Source: Setoptus koraiensis
Lineage: Eukaryota; Animalia; Arthropoda
Assembly (NCBI GenBank): GCA_048013815.1
Contig: CM106586.1
Span: 21,700,001 to 21,764,000, forward strand
Length of the DNA: 64,000 bases
Direction of reading: 5' to 3'
Below are positions 12,748 through 26,186 of this stretch, in pieces; position 1 is the first letter of the stretch; every line of letters starts with the position of its first letter. A program made the position numbers and the translations under genes. Under the pieces are notes generated by a model. That model saw nothing but the letters and a program-made list of their open reading frames with translations. It was not told the origin of the DNA and searched no databases.

Positions 12748-15560
12748 CTTGTTGGCGGCGCGGCCAGCGGGCGGCGGGCCGGCAGCTCGGGCAGCTCGAA
12801 CAAATGATGATCGATCAGGTGATAATTGACACACAATCATCTTTTTATCGGGCACCTTTTTATCGCAGTTTGCTCTTGTTGATACGCGCGTTTGTGGCGA
12901 CCGTGTTGCTGTTGGCAAAGTGGCAACAACGGCAACACGGCAACGCCAAACAAACAGGAAACCGTTCAGTTGAACAAACTCCAGTTCAATGGTCTCACCG
13001 CTCGATGGGTGCCGCGGGCACCAAATTTGCATATTGAGTGGGTGCTTGACGCACGCACCGGACAACATGTTGTCGTGTCACACTTTGTCCCTGTTGCAAC
13101 ATTGTGACTATGTCGTTGTCGTTGTTGTCGTTGTTGTCGCTGTTGTCGTTGTCGCGATGCTGTTGTGGCCGTGGCGTGGGAGGAAATAACGAGCAAACGA
13201 CGAGCGGTGAACTTTATCTGTGTTGCCTTTATTTGCCTAGTTGTTGGCCGTGGTCGTGTGATGGACACATGATGGACAGTTCTTTTTTGACACACAACTG
13301 TAAATAACTGTACAGCACTGTTGTTGATTGTCGCAACAAGTAGTTGCGACAGCGTTGTTGTCGGAGTTGCTGTTGCTGTTGCACCGGTCAGCTGGTCGCT
13401 GTTGTTGTCTAGTTGGCCCATGGTCACTCTGCTCGATGGCCGATGCCTATTGACCGGAATGAGTTGATCAATCCGGCCAGTTGTGGCACAATTCTAGATC
13501 AATACTCCAATTGACAGCGCCACTCGACTAGCGGTTCACACACACACGCACGCATCTTTCAATCATTGTCCATTGAACCAGTATTGTCCAGTATGACGCC
13601 TACAGCTAGCTGGTAAGCGGCCACTTCCGCCCGTGAATTATCTGTGTGGTGTGATTTACCTGTGGATTTACATAAAATTATTATGTACACACACCAACCA
13701 AATGATGCTTGTGGCCGGCCACCAGAGGGCGAGCGTGGTGCTAGTGGTTGGGCCAGAGCAGTTCATTAATCATTTCCATCTGATTACTCACTCCCCAACG
13801 ATTATTCCATATGTGCCCATGTGAGTGGTCGTCGTAACTGTGCGACTATTATTCATTATCTAGTGTTTTGGCGAATATTGGCGGCGTATTGGCAATTGTA
13901 GATTGCATCGGGTTTTTAGTGTAAAATATTGCCACTGAAAGCAATTGAATTGATTAAAAATCATTCATTTCTGGTGGCATTTTGTCGTTCTTCGTTGCTT
14001 GGTCGCTGTTAGATAAGATCTTGTCGCTTGCATTGTGCGCCGTTGAAAATACGACAGACAGAGTTATGACAAAACATGGTTACACTTCATTTAACATCAA
14101 GATGTTGCCGGCTTGGCTGGCGCCCGAATGGATGCGACCCGATCTAACTGATCTGACCATCTTTTGTGCCAATGTTACAGAGGCACAAAAGCATCACCAG
14201 TGTGCATGATTTATTGTAGCGATATTCTTGGCGAATTCGTGTCGTATTGTTGTGAGCGGTTTGTGCGCAACAACTGCATTTGCATACCCGAACATTATTG
14301 TTATTTTCTGGCTTGTTGTTTCGTTGGTGTGCGTGCAAAACCAGGTAGCTGGTGCGCGTTATGGTTTTGGGCTGTCGGGCGCGATAATTGAATTGAGTTT
14401 TGCGTCGCTCATTTGGGCCGACGCTGAGAACCGCCGACAGCAGCATCGAGCAACAGCCATGGGCACCATGAGAACGGGCCGGGGCTGTTGTGTGCCCTCG
14501 TCAGGTGACAACTGCGACACCGCTGGTAACTAGTGACTGGTTGTTCCATTGTGACCACGGCTTCTTTGTGACTGTGGCTGGTTCTCTGGCGCTCGTGCAC
14601 CAAAGAATTCGCATCAGAGCGCAATATTTAACGCAATCTTTTGCATAATCTGCGCGCACTGGACGCTAGCGTGCACACGAAACTCGCACAACAGTGACAA
14701 GAGACCCGCAACAGCGAGAAGAGAGACTCGCAACGGCCAGAAGAGCCATGATGCAAGACAGGTAAAAGGTAAGGTGAGGCGAAAGAACGCGCTTCACTTG
14801 ATTATAATTCAATCGATCAATATCGATGTTGTGACTCTGCAGCTACTTCCCATGGCGGCTACCTGGCGGCCATTGTTGGCGCTGACCAACAAAAACGGCG
14901 ACAGCATCGTTTGTGTGGGCTCGTGTTGCTAGTTGCAAGAGAGCAACTTAGAATCGCCCCACACTGACGCTCACACCGACACTCACACCGACACTCACAC
15001 CGACACTCACACTGATGCGCATACTGATGCGCATACTGATAGAGAATGCCGGTAGAGAATTTGTGAGGTGGTGGTGCGATTTCGCAATCGCGTCGGAGCT
15101 GTCACTACTGTCAAAATGCGTTTGAGTGGGGTGCACGCGCAACTTGGAAACGCACTCGACACACACACACACAGTGCACAGTATGTAAGTAACTCACACT
15201 TTGTGCGGGCTCTTTGTGGGCCAACAATGACGTAAGGCCCGCAAAGAGGTCAAGCCCAGTGTCAGCGTTGTTGTTGTTGTTGTTGTTGTTGTTGTAACTG
15301 TGTAACTGTTAACAGTTAGCGTTGCATTTGCAATTTCGAAAAGAATAACAATCGCACATTGGACAATGCCAGCACGATCCCATTCATAATCCATATTTCG
15401 ATCTGTTGCAATTGTGTGCCGCCTTCGAAGCAAGCTAAACAACAGCGAACACAGGCCACAGAGAAGCGAACCGATTGAACTGACGGTGATGCAACCAGCG
15501 CGGCACTCATGCCAAACGGGTGCAGCATCCCGAAAAGCGTAGTCGAGTTTTGCAGTGGCG

Positions 15561-15678
15561 CAGTTTTCCAGTTTTTCAGTTTTTCAGTTTTTCAGTTTTT
15601 CAGTTTTTCAGTTTTCCAGTTTCCCAGTTTTTCAGTTTTTCAGTTTTTCAGTTTTTCAGTTTCCCCGGTTTTCCAGTT
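15561..15678. repeat. 8-bp tandem repeat CAGTTTTT, ~14 copies
   Basis: Read directly from the sequence. Confidence 0.95.
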
Positions 15679-18269
15679 TGCTCGCTAATCCAGAATCCTT
15701 TGCCTGTGCGTGCCACGAGCGACACACTGTGACACAACGTGCACAGCGTGCAATATGGTTTCCTGTGCGCGTGCATTGGTCGTTTCGAATTTCGAATTTC
15801 GAACGCCGAAATTAAGATTGCAACATTCTCAAATTGAATAATCGAATTTGCGATCAAATCACTGACGACTGTCCGTGACCCGTTACGTCGCCACTGTTGC
15901 CGACTGTTGCAACGGTCGCCATTGTCGCACACCGGTAACGAGTTACCCAAGTTGACAACAGTGACAATTTCGCCAACTCGGGCCCCATTGACGCAAAAAT
16001 CATGTTCGTGCGGCTCCACAGACCCGAAAGTTGTGACAGTTGTGACAATTGTTGCCAATAAATGGCCTCAACTATTAATAAGTAACCCGTACGACGAACC
16101 GTAATTTAGCGCATTGTCGTGGGCATTTCATGCATATCGCACGAGCCCGTTGATGAAGCAGCGAACCTTTTGAGCCAATCGGCGGTCATTCACCAGTTCA
16201 TTCAACCGCTTGCCCGTGCCCGCCGCCGTAGCCATACCGTTCCGAGACAAAGCTAATTTGTCTTGCGCAATTCAACCACCTGACAGCAAAAGAGTTTTGG
16301 CGCCAAAACTTTCTTTGTTTTTGGGTCGTTGGCGTTCGAAAAATAAAATTATTTTTCTTTGGCTCAATTCAATTTTCTTTCCATTCTGCAATTTGTAGTC
16401 GCGAAATTTGTGAAATTTGAAATCTTCTAATCTCAAAATTTATGAAATTTGAAATGTTCGCAACTCGAAATATTGCTAGACTGGCGAGCATGCGATTGCT
16501 GTCTACTGCAATCTACTGTCAAGTTACATCAGAGTGCGGACGCTTGTTGCTTGAGCCTTCAGAATGCAGAGTCTAGATGGCCAGGCTCGACCACCCAGCT
16601 GTAGTTGTGGGGCCGCTGGTCAGTTTGTGCGCGTGTTTGTTTTGTTTTGTTTTGTCTCGTGGTGACAACTTGTTGCTGTTTGTGACTCGCAAATAGAGGA
16701 ACAAAATGAAACAAAACAAAAGCCTCCACCAATCAACATGCACACTCGACAATAAATGATAATTAACGATCTTCGATTTTGTTGTTTTGTGCATCTTATT
16801 ATTTATAATTATTCCGTTGTTGTGGGGGCCGGCGCATGGGCCAGACTGGCGCTACTGCAGCACAGAGCGGGGCTTCCGTTTGTGTCCACGTGTTGTCGGT
16901 CGCTGTCGTTGTTGTTTGTTTGTTGCTTGTTTGTTGCTGGCGACAAAACTACCCAGCAACTGTTGCTTGATTGCCCGTGCCCCCAGCGACGGCACGGGCA
17001 CATGACAGTTGGCCAGCAGTCTAGCTAGCGAACGGGCCAACTGTCAAAGAAATGTCATTTTCGGTCGTCATTTTCATGAATCGCCCGTTTCGCTCGCCTC
17101 TAATGGGTTGTGTGGCGCGCCCTCGCCGACACACTAATTGTTAATAGTTGATACTAGACACACACTATTCACAAATACACACTATCCATAAATACACGCT
17201 ATTCATGAATAGGCACTATTCATAAATAGGCACTATCGGTAAAACTGGCCAGCCTATACCGCAGCATATATATATTGTATAAATATATTGTACATTATAT
17301 ATTGCATGCCACATGCCATATACCTGTGCGTGTACGTGACCATTCACGCCCACGCACGCTTGCATTGTGCGCATTGTGCGTCGGCGGACACCGTTAGTCG
17401 TGCCGGCCCATAGTGAATAATAATAATGTTCTTTGACACATTGACCAGTGTCCAGCTCTGTACAGTTGACACTGTCCGGACAATGTCAACTGGCGCAAGC
17501 TGGCAGCTACACGGAACGAGTGGACCTCGCGATCATTAGCAAAACAAACAACAAGTGAGCGTTTGCCGTTGCTGGCCATTGTTGTCCATTGTTGGCTAAT
17601 GATCGAATGTCTCGAACTGTGCCTATTATCGCCTGTTTGCAGCAGGCGATTCGCGCCCCCTGTCGAATTGTCGCCTCGCGACAACAACAGCAACGGCCAC
17701 AACGACACACGCGAGCAGCTTCGAACGTCGCCTTCAATGGTCTCTCGCTGGCCCGTTAGAAATTCGCGGTTCCAAGTTCGAAATGAGAAACCCGAAATTC
17801 AAACCGGTATCGGGTTCCACGAGTTATTCGCGAGTTGTCCGCCAGTTGGCCGCTCTGAAGAGCTGCGTCTCATTGTTGTTGTGACAGGCACCCAAAAGCC
17901 ACGCCAAAACGGTTGCCTGCCGGGTACCGTGGCCGGCCACTCACGGGCTGCTCGGGGTGCCGCTAGGAACTATATGACACTAACGAGCACTTGATCGTCG
18001 CCGTTGTGCCCCCACGAACAACAACTCGGCTCATAATTGTTTCATTTCAGCTCGCTCAGTCGTTGCTCTGTGTGAAAAATGGCACTTTTCTCCCCGGCCG
18101 CGCCGCTGGACACCGTCGGACGCTGCGAGCACAGCGCCCTTTTGCTCTCGTTTTCTCTGGCTCGTTTTGTTTGATTTCGTCTGATCTTCTGGTTTGACTG
18201 TGTTTGCGGAATCTGGCCAACAGTGTCAAGTTACCAATTGTCTCGATCCGCTGCCCCCATTGCTCTTTT

Positions 18270-18358
18270 CGCGCTGCTCTTTTCGTGCTCGCCTTTCGTG
18301 CTCGCTTTTCGTGCTCGCTTTTCATGCTCGCTTTTCGGGCTCGCTTTTCGGACTCGTT
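18270..18358. repeat. 13-bp tandem repeat TTTTCGTGCTCGC, ~6 imperfect copies
   Basis: Read directly from the sequence. Confidence 0.9.
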
Positions 18359-21112
18359 CGAAAAACGTTCGTGCTGCCCGGCTTGCGGACCAAGCCGCTC
18401 GCTCGAACCGGCCGGCCCGAGACGCCGGACCCCCCAACCGCACCGAACGAGCGCTGCTATCGCCATTCAGATAGCCGGCTTTACCTGTTTCTGTCCCATT
18501 GAACAATGTCGCCAGATTAACATGTCCCCGAAAGAGACGCTCGTCGTGTGGCCGTGCCCGACTGAACGCTCGCGACTTGCGGTGACACGCCAGCGACTCG
18601 TTGCCAGAATTCAAGCGGCCGGGATCCGCTGTCGATGCGACGCGACAAAAAGAGTTTCGAGCATCGATTGTGCGCGTCGAAACTCGAACGACGAACGAGA
18701 ATTTCGCCCATGTCACATATGCGACATTTGCGACATTTTCGAACACACACGCCGGCCATTGAAAGGATAATGAGATGCGCCGGTCAGTGGACAGCGTAAA
18801 TCATCATTACTAGCATTATCCCCCTTCATCGATGTTTATTAACATATTGATATCTGCTATAATATTGCCTCGTGCTCGGCTTACCGGATTGGCCGGCCGT
18901 TTGTTGTGGGCCCACAACAAACGGCGCTGCTGTTGCCACAAAATCGCATGCAACAGGCGCGCAGTGTGGTCAGCGCCTCAATCCAGTTGTTATGCCCGGT
19001 ACCGCCGATGCGGCCAAATTTCGGACCGGCGGGAATTAAGGCGCCCACACACGCACTGATGAGCCAGTTGACCATTAGAGACAGAACATGACATTTGTAC
19101 ATGTGTTCGCCTTAATAATCATTGTGAAACATGTAAATGGATAATCCCTTCTTGTGCAGTTTTGTCCGTTTTTGCATTTTTCATATTAACTCTCTTGTTG
19201 TTGTCGCGCAAAATCGTTTGCTGAAAATTGATCTCAGCCCAATGTTTTGCGCTTTCGAGCTCTTCTCGTTCATCTCTCGTTTTTTCATCTCTGTTTTTTC
19301 CATCTCCTTTCTGCCTCCACATCTTTTGCTCTCATTCTCGATTTAATTCATTCATGGCCATTCAATTCATCCATGAATTTCGTGTCCAGTGCCGTGTTTG
19401 TCTCAGCTCTGTTCATACAGTTTCATATTTATAAACTTACAAATCTATCGCTTATAATTGTCAATTGGTGCCGCTGCCGTCCGTTACTCCACTGCGCCAC
19501 TCACCCCCACACCAACCAGTTTCGGCCTGACAAAACATGGCGTTGGTTTGTTGTAATTGTAGATCAGTTTCCTCCGCTGGGTCAATGCTCTTTTTGGTCG
19601 CCTTATTTCGCTACCGCTGCTGCCTGTCGCCCCTCTGCCTGCACCTAAACGGCCCACTCCAGTTCGGATCAATAATTTCAGCCGATACCCACTGCGGGCC
19701 GGTTTGTGCCCTGACGCTCCGCAATGGCGCCACAGTAGAGAACCGCAAACAGGCCTTAATTAATTGTCATTGTCACCGTCGGCAGCAAGTAGCTTCACCA
19801 CTAAAACGCCTCACTAATCACAGGTGAGCCTCTCTCTATATACTTTTATATATATATATTTATATATAAATATATATATATGTATCGCGTCGCGGCCGCA
19901 ACTGTTATCACTGGTTGATGTGGCTGAAAATATTGTCTCCAATGATGTCTATCGCGTGCATTTAAAGGCCGCTGACAGCGCGTTTGATTGGTTGGTGCCA
20001 GTTGATTGAAAGAAACTTGCGCTCGCACCGAAAATCAAGCGACAGAAAACTGCAAGTGCCAAGTGGTGCGTCATAAATGCTCCAAGATAAATATTCTGAG
20101 CCGAGGCGCAAGTTTGAATTGGGTGCAATTCAAACTTGCGACTAATTACAAGGTATCATTTTGATTGACAGGTCACCAGTTCCGACCGTAACTGTCCGGC
20201 TACTAGCCGCTTGCCGGTTTGCGAGCCATGGGCGAGTTGGCACCCATCAATCCGTTGCTTTAAACAGACGCGGGCCACTTTGATGCTCGCTACTACTCTT
20301 GCCCTCAATTGCCATCCGCCGACCCACAACAATTGTGAGCATACGAATCGTCAGTCAGCATCGTATCATCACGTTGAAAGCGCCAGCAAAATTATCGCAT
20401 CGCATAATTATATATCGCGCTCACTCACACAACTAGGTGTTGCGTTCTTTTCTTCTCAGATATCGAGATGAACACACGAGAGAGCTCAATCACCACCTCG
20501 AGAGGTGCTGACAAGTATTCTTTTGAGCGCTTTGGAGTTTCGCCAACACGTGCAACACGTGACAAGTGTCTCTGTGTTCAAACTGCGAATGGCCGACAGG
20601 AGTGAACGTTCGTTTGCTGCTGCAACGATTAATGAAGATGAGCCGTCTGAGAATCCGAACCCAGTTGCCCATTCGGCAAAAATGATTTACTAGCGCTGGC
20701 GTCTCGCCTTTTTGCCGGTGCAGTCTCGAATAAAAGGCACGCTCTTCACCTGTTGCTGAACGATTCATCTTTGAAAATCATCGCTTGTTTCGGTGACAAA
20801 AAGCGCTGTTCTTCGACAGTTACTCTGAGGCTCACGAGCGTCTAGAATACCAATTTTCGGCGGTATTTCGGATAACTGAAAAAATAAATCAATCTCAATT
20901 TCGAAAAGCGCTCATAGTAACGAAAAAAATCCCATGCTAGACGGGAGTAGGAATTTTATCGCATAAAGTGGACTGCCTAGGTTGCACAATCCAAACCATC
21001 GAAAGGGTATGAACAATTTGAAAAACAACTAGCTTGCGAATTAGGATAATGAAATAAATCACGAAAAAAAGTACTCAAAAAAAAAAATACAAAACGGAAG
21101 TTCTACCGAATT

Positions 21113-21129
21113 GAACCAGATGGCGCCAC
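21113..21129 (+). promoter_or_regulatory. CTCF-like motif
   Basis: GAACCAGATGGCGCCAC matches the CCASYAGRKGGCRS core and sits in an A-tract-rich segment. Confidence 0.45.
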
Positions 21130-21838
21130 AAGTAGCATTTGAAAATGTGCCCTCCAACTTGGAGGAAAATCATTTCAAATTCAGTTCATTTCTTGAAAAA
21201 CTCTCGATAGATAAACTGCAATTCGTTGCACATCCTTCTTAGCTTGAGGCCAGACACTACGCCGGCGAAACTAGACATAACACAATCATATTTCGGCTGG
21301 GCCCTTGAGTGATGATATGAAATGATACGGACGCGAGTTTCGATTGGCCAAAGAGTGGCTCAAAGTTGCCCGATTCGGCCGAGAAAAGTGCCATTCCGAG
21401 AGCAATTTCAGCAATCACTTGTGCGGCGCTCGAGGCATTCGCTTGCTCACGTCGATTGTCGCAGGAAAGGGCTCAAATTGGGCCTTTTTCTGCGAAGAGA
21501 GGCGACTTTAGATTGCTCGTGCCGGGCCGGCAAGCAGCCCGAGTTTTTGCTATCAGTGCTGACTTTTTCCAATCTCAAAAAACTGCTGCAACCACCAACT
21601 GGGGGGGGGGGCGCAAACTAAGATGGGGGCAGCGACGCTTCGGTTCTAGTTCGGTGGAGCTGACAGTTCTTCGGTGCGTGCGTACGCGTGCGTGTGCGTG
21701 TGTTGATTCTGTGGTGCGCGTTGCAACTTGGAACGCGTTCTTGGGCTCTTCTGAGCAGGCGCAGTACGTGTCGCGTTGTGTTCGGAGTGAATGGTCAGTG
21801 ATTGAAGAACACGTCGTCGTAGTTTGACACACAAACAA

Positions 21839-21895
21839 CTCGTGCAACATTCAAACGAGCCTCGAGTGCAGTTGTGTTTGGAACTTTGCCACGAG
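21839..21895. promoter_or_regulatory. Two N-boxes (CACGAG) upstream of the first ASC gene
   Basis: CTCGTG at 21839-21844 and (GC)CACGAG at 21890-21895, 175-230 nt before the ATG. This is the Hairy/E(spl) repressor site class. Confidence 0.4.
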
Positions 21896-22068
21896 CAGAC
21901 GCAAACTAAAACTGAAAAAAAAAATTCAAAAGTTTAGCCTTTAAACTCTCGACCAAAAACTACTACAACCGCTACTAGCGCCACCACCGACACCAGTACT
22001 AAACTACAACACTACAACTATTGTACAACACTACAACTAATACAGTTAAACAGCGCACAGTTACAACA

Positions 22069-23229
22069 ATGATCAACAATCAACAAGTGCCCGTGTTCGT
22101 CAACATGAACTATCACCAGCAAGCTATGCGAATTCACCACCAGACGGCTCAGTACACGAGCACCGCCTTTGGTCAGCAGCACCAACAGCAGCAGCCTTAT
22201 GCCTTCGTCATGCCGCACACACCAACATCGCCCAGTTCGCCTAGCCAATTGCATCAGCAGCAGCAACAACAACAACAACAACAGCAGCAACAGGTTGTCA
22301 CGACAACATCGCCACCGCCGACACCGCCCTCTGTCGTATCTTCGATCGATTCGCAAGCTGACAGCCAAATGTCAAACGGCGACGCAAACAGCTACAACGA
22401 CAACTACAACAACGACAACAACTACTGCATCGACAACATCGACAACTACAGCAGCGTACAACAAGCCGCCACGAAACAGGGAACCAAACGAAAGGCTGCC
22501 TGCAAACCAGAGGGCGCCAATAGTGCAGTGAACAAAATAAAGAAGCCTCGCCAGGCCAGAAATCCCCAATTGAGCGTGGCAAGACGCAATGAGCGCGAGC
22601 GAAATCGCGTCAAGATGGTCAATTTGGGCTTTGCCAATTTGAGTAAGCGAGTGCCAAAGGATTACACCGAGGTGACAATTGACGCAAACAACAAACAAAA
22701 GAAGCCTTCGAAAGTGGAGACACTGAGAGCGGCCATTGCGTACATCCGTCAAATGGAGCAGATGCTGAAGGCGACCCAATCAAATCACTACTCGTCGTCG
22801 CCCGCTTGCTCGAGCGCCACGAGCCACGAATCGACGAGCCTCTGCATCGAGGAGGAGGAGGACGTGAAGCCACAAATATACACACACAGTGATAGCACTT
22901 TCCAACAAATAGATGATTTAATCCAATCAAAGGTGGAATTGTTAAGCCAGCAAGAGCAGCAACTCTACCTAGAATACCCTCACCAGATGCAACAACAACA
23001 CCAACAGCAACAACAACAACATCAACACCAACATCAACATCAGCACCAACAACAGCAACCACAACAACAGCAGCAGCATTTCATCATGCACAAATACCCA
23101 GAATACACCCCCCAGTCCCCCGAACAACACGAGCAATACCAACTGCACCAGCAACAGCAGCAGCAACAACAACTCCTCGGCACGCAAGCCATGTTCACCG
23201 AAACGAGCAATCATCAGATATCCGTATGA
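22069..23229 (+). CDS. ASH: Achaete-scute homolog, ASCa-type proneural bHLH transcription factor, intronless, 386 aa
   Basis: bHLH at ~22573-22767 reads [28 protein letters not shown]...[23 protein letters not shown], the ASCa signature ([19 protein letters not shown]...SKVETLR). First in-frame ATG is 22069 (context AACAATG); the track start at 22021 is a TTG. PolyQ tracts flank the domain; AATAAA at 23315. Confidence 0.97.
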   Translation: MINNQQVPVFVNMNYHQQAMRIHHQTAQYTSTAFGQQHQQQQPYAFVMPHTPTSPSSPSQLHQQQQQQQQQQQQQVVTTTSPPPTPPSVVSSIDSQADSQMSNGDANSYNDNYNNDNNYCIDNIDNYSSVQQAATKQGTKRKAACKPEGANSAVNKIKKPRQARNPQLSVARRNERERNRVKMVNLGFANLSKRVPKDYTEVTIDANNKQKKPSKVETLRAAIAYIRQMEQMLKATQSNHYSSSPACSSATSHESTSLCIEEEEDVKPQIYTHSDSTFQQIDDLIQSKVELLSQQEQQLYLEYPHQMQQQHQQQQQQHQHQHQHQHQQQQPQQQQQHFIMHKYPEYTPQSPEQHEQYQLHQQQQQQQQLLGTQAMFTETSNHQISV

Positions 23230-23314
23230 TGAAGCTGGCTGGCCATAGCTCAAGGGGAACAATAACAATGTTTATTTATTGATTGTATGATATGTTTTAC
23301 TTAATATTAATATT

Positions 23315-23320
23315 AATAAA
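23315..23320 (+). terminator. Polyadenylation signal of the first ASC gene
   Basis: AATAAA 86 nt after the stop codon in an AT-rich 3' region. Confidence 0.55.
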
Positions 23321-26004
23321 TAGGATAAATACCAATGATACACCTTATTACATTGTAATGTCGCTTCGTTTACTGCCGTCCTTTGTCTGTTCTCTTTATT
23401 GGCCGGTTGGCCCTTCTTTCGGCCTGGTCACTCTTTCGGCCTGGCTACTCTTTGGCCGCTCTGCCCGACGAGAGATCCAGTTCGGCATTTCGGCGGTTCG
23501 GCGTTGGAAGGCAGCCGCGGGTTGTACCGAAATAGCTGATGTGTTGCGCTTATCTGGTTCCGCTCCGACGATAACGACACTATGCGACAGTGTGCACCGG
23601 TATACGACCAAACGCACCAAAACATACGACATAGAGACAATATAAATTTAATTTAATTTCGTTCGAGCTACCTGATGCCGGTGTCATTGTTGTCATTGTT
23701 GATTCACTGACGGATTGATGGACAGAGTGAAACCGCAAACAAATATAACACGACACTGACACATGAGCAGCATCAAAGAACCACCACCGATCCAACGTTA
23801 TCAGTGCCATTGTTGCTGTCATTAAAATGACCATGATTATCATTATTATTACTATTATTATTGCTACTGTGTTTGAGTTACAATAGCGGCACCACAAAAG
23901 ACCAGCAGCACCCAAGCGACGGCACCCACGCCAACCCTTATCCAGATATAATCAATTCGAAGCCATTCGAATGACCACCAACAACCAGCGAATCAGCGTG
24001 CGCCGGTACCGTTAGCTACCGGCAGCGATGACCGGCCACTGGCCTCATATCGGCAGTGTCACGACACTGGGTGGCTATGATGGTTTGTCTTGTTGTTTGA
24101 TGACTCGTGTTCGCATGCTCGCTTCTTTTTCAAATCTCTCGCCGGCTTGTGCGTCGGCGGCTCAAATTAAAATCGCCATCGTTCCACGCCATCAATCAGA
24201 CAATATCCAATAGCATCCAATAGCATCCGATGGTGTCCAATGGTCTCAAGCGCACAACGGTAAATAAAATCGGAACATATCAAATCAAATTAGTTGCTGC
24301 GCACAGCTGATTGGGACGAGACAACCACGAGCTAGTCGAAATCGCCGCTGTCGTTGCTGTTGTTGCGGCCTCGTGTCGACGAACCCGCAGCGGGCGTGAC
24401 TCGGGATTGTGGCCCATTGCCGATGCAGATCGTGTGGTCAGTTTGTGGCCGCCGATGCGCTCAGAGTCTGAGGCTCAGACTGTTGCGCCGATCCGACGCG
24501 ACACATGACCAATTTTGATCACTTTCGGGCCGAAAGTTTGCACAGATTCGGAGCCTTTGTCACCTAAAAAACACCCTGTTCCCCACGCCCGGGTCAGTGT
24601 TCCAAGTTCGAGCAGCACTAATGACGAGCTGAGGCCCGAAATCGGATTATCGCAAATTGCTGAGCATGGTGCTGAGGTGTGTCCAGTAATCGCACTTCAC
24701 GAAATCGAAAAATGCGAGCTTTGAGGTTTCAATTTTGCAACTTGGGGCGCAATTCACAATCTCGAAGAGCCTCAGATAGAGCTTAACAGTGACAGCAAGC
24801 GGTGACATTGGACGCCTCCCAAACGAAACCAAATGAATCAAAATAAATCTCCTCTATGGGAAAACAATGCCGAGTGACAGTTAGTGGCCACAACTGGACA
24901 TACTCGCACACCGCAAGCAAACATTTGCCCACAACTACTTGTATGAATATGTATGAATATGCAGTTGAGGCCAGCCGGCCGGACAGGGCAAACTCGCGGA
25001 CAGGCAAACTCGCGGACAGGCAAACACTGCCAGTTGATGCGTGGATAGACCAGTCAACTTTTGAAAAGAACGGCCAGATTAGATCTAGTTGGGCCCGTGT
25101 ATGTCGTTGTTGTAATGAGAGCGACAGCGCCAATGACAACAACAAAACTGATTCGCCTGTTGAGCATTAGATATCGAGCATTAGATATCATCTAATCTAA
25201 TCTAATGGTGGTGACACTACGGCAACGCTGCCTGGCGATCTACGCCGATTCACCGATTTAATCCAATTGAGACGACACGAGATACACGCAGTTAGAAGAC
25301 ACAAAACAAGAATTTGCAAACTGAAAACTGCACACAAACTGCGTGCAAACTGCAAAATACAAAACTACAAAATTGTGCCCAAACGTCGCAGCCAGAGGCC
25401 TCTTTGTTTGCCGCCCCCAACGCACTAATCATTGCTAGTTATTATTTGTTATGTAGAGCAAACAACAAGCATGTTGTTGCTATTCCTTTTGCTCGCCCTC
25501 ATAATTGCGAGCGCGATTTGACGCTTATCACGCGCCCTAATCGCATCGCTTAATCTGATTAAATGGAGACATAAACCACCTTTTGCGATTCGTTCTATGC
25601 AAATTCGTCCTGCGTATTGTGTCCTCTTTTTTTGTGGCTGTCAATTCAGACTTTGAGTTTCTCGTATAGTAGCGCGCGATAATGAATCACTGCACGAAAA
25701 AGCCCAATTCGATTCATTATCACTCGAGAAATCGTTATTCATATTCATCGATCTGGGGCGAAATATCCGAATGCCAATCCGAATGGCACCAAACAAGAAA
25801 GTGAAAACTTAATTTCGATCATTTCTTCCATTGATCTGATGCCAACGAATTTAGCTGTAAATTTTGCGCGCGATGAAGCCAAATTTCAACTCTAATCACT
25901 AGAGTGTAGTACGCTTTCGAGGCACTGATAGTGAATGTTGCACCATATTCAAATTGAGGCACGAGTTGTAGAAAAGTTTGGCTTGAATGCAAAAATATAA
26001 AAGT

Positions 26005-26186
26005 AATCTGCTCGATTCTGCCAGTAGTCATGTGCTTGTCTCAGATTAAGCCATGCATGTATAAGTTGATGCCTTGATGAACGAATGGCTCATTAAAACA
26101 GCCACCATGTATTTTCAGCCACAATGTATGTAAGTTTTCTTGACTTCAGATGGATAACTGTTGTAATTCTGGAGCTAATACTTGCA
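26005..26186 (+). rRNA. 18S rRNA (fragment): Isolated, divergent fragment of the 18S (SSU) rRNA 5' end; not a complete gene
   Basis: Collinear matches to universal 18S blocks: GATTCTGCCAGTAGTCATGTGCTTGTCTC-AGATTAAGCCATGCATGT, CGAATGGCTCATTAAAACAG, GGATAACTGTTGTAATTCTGGAGCTAATACTTGC. Scattered substitutions and an internal 17-nt-period duplication; no recognisable rest of an rDNA unit. Confidence 0.9.

Noticed and set aside
13965-14102. Minus-strand small secreted ORF (MKCNH-VFVITLSVVFSTAHNA...)
   Set aside because: Requires assuming a 1-nt sequencing error; no independent support.
22018-23268. Antisense and alternative-frame ORFs over the first ASC gene (also 52535-54570 over the second)
   Set aside because: CAA/CAG/AAC repeats lack stops in other frames and give poly-L/V/C/T artefacts.
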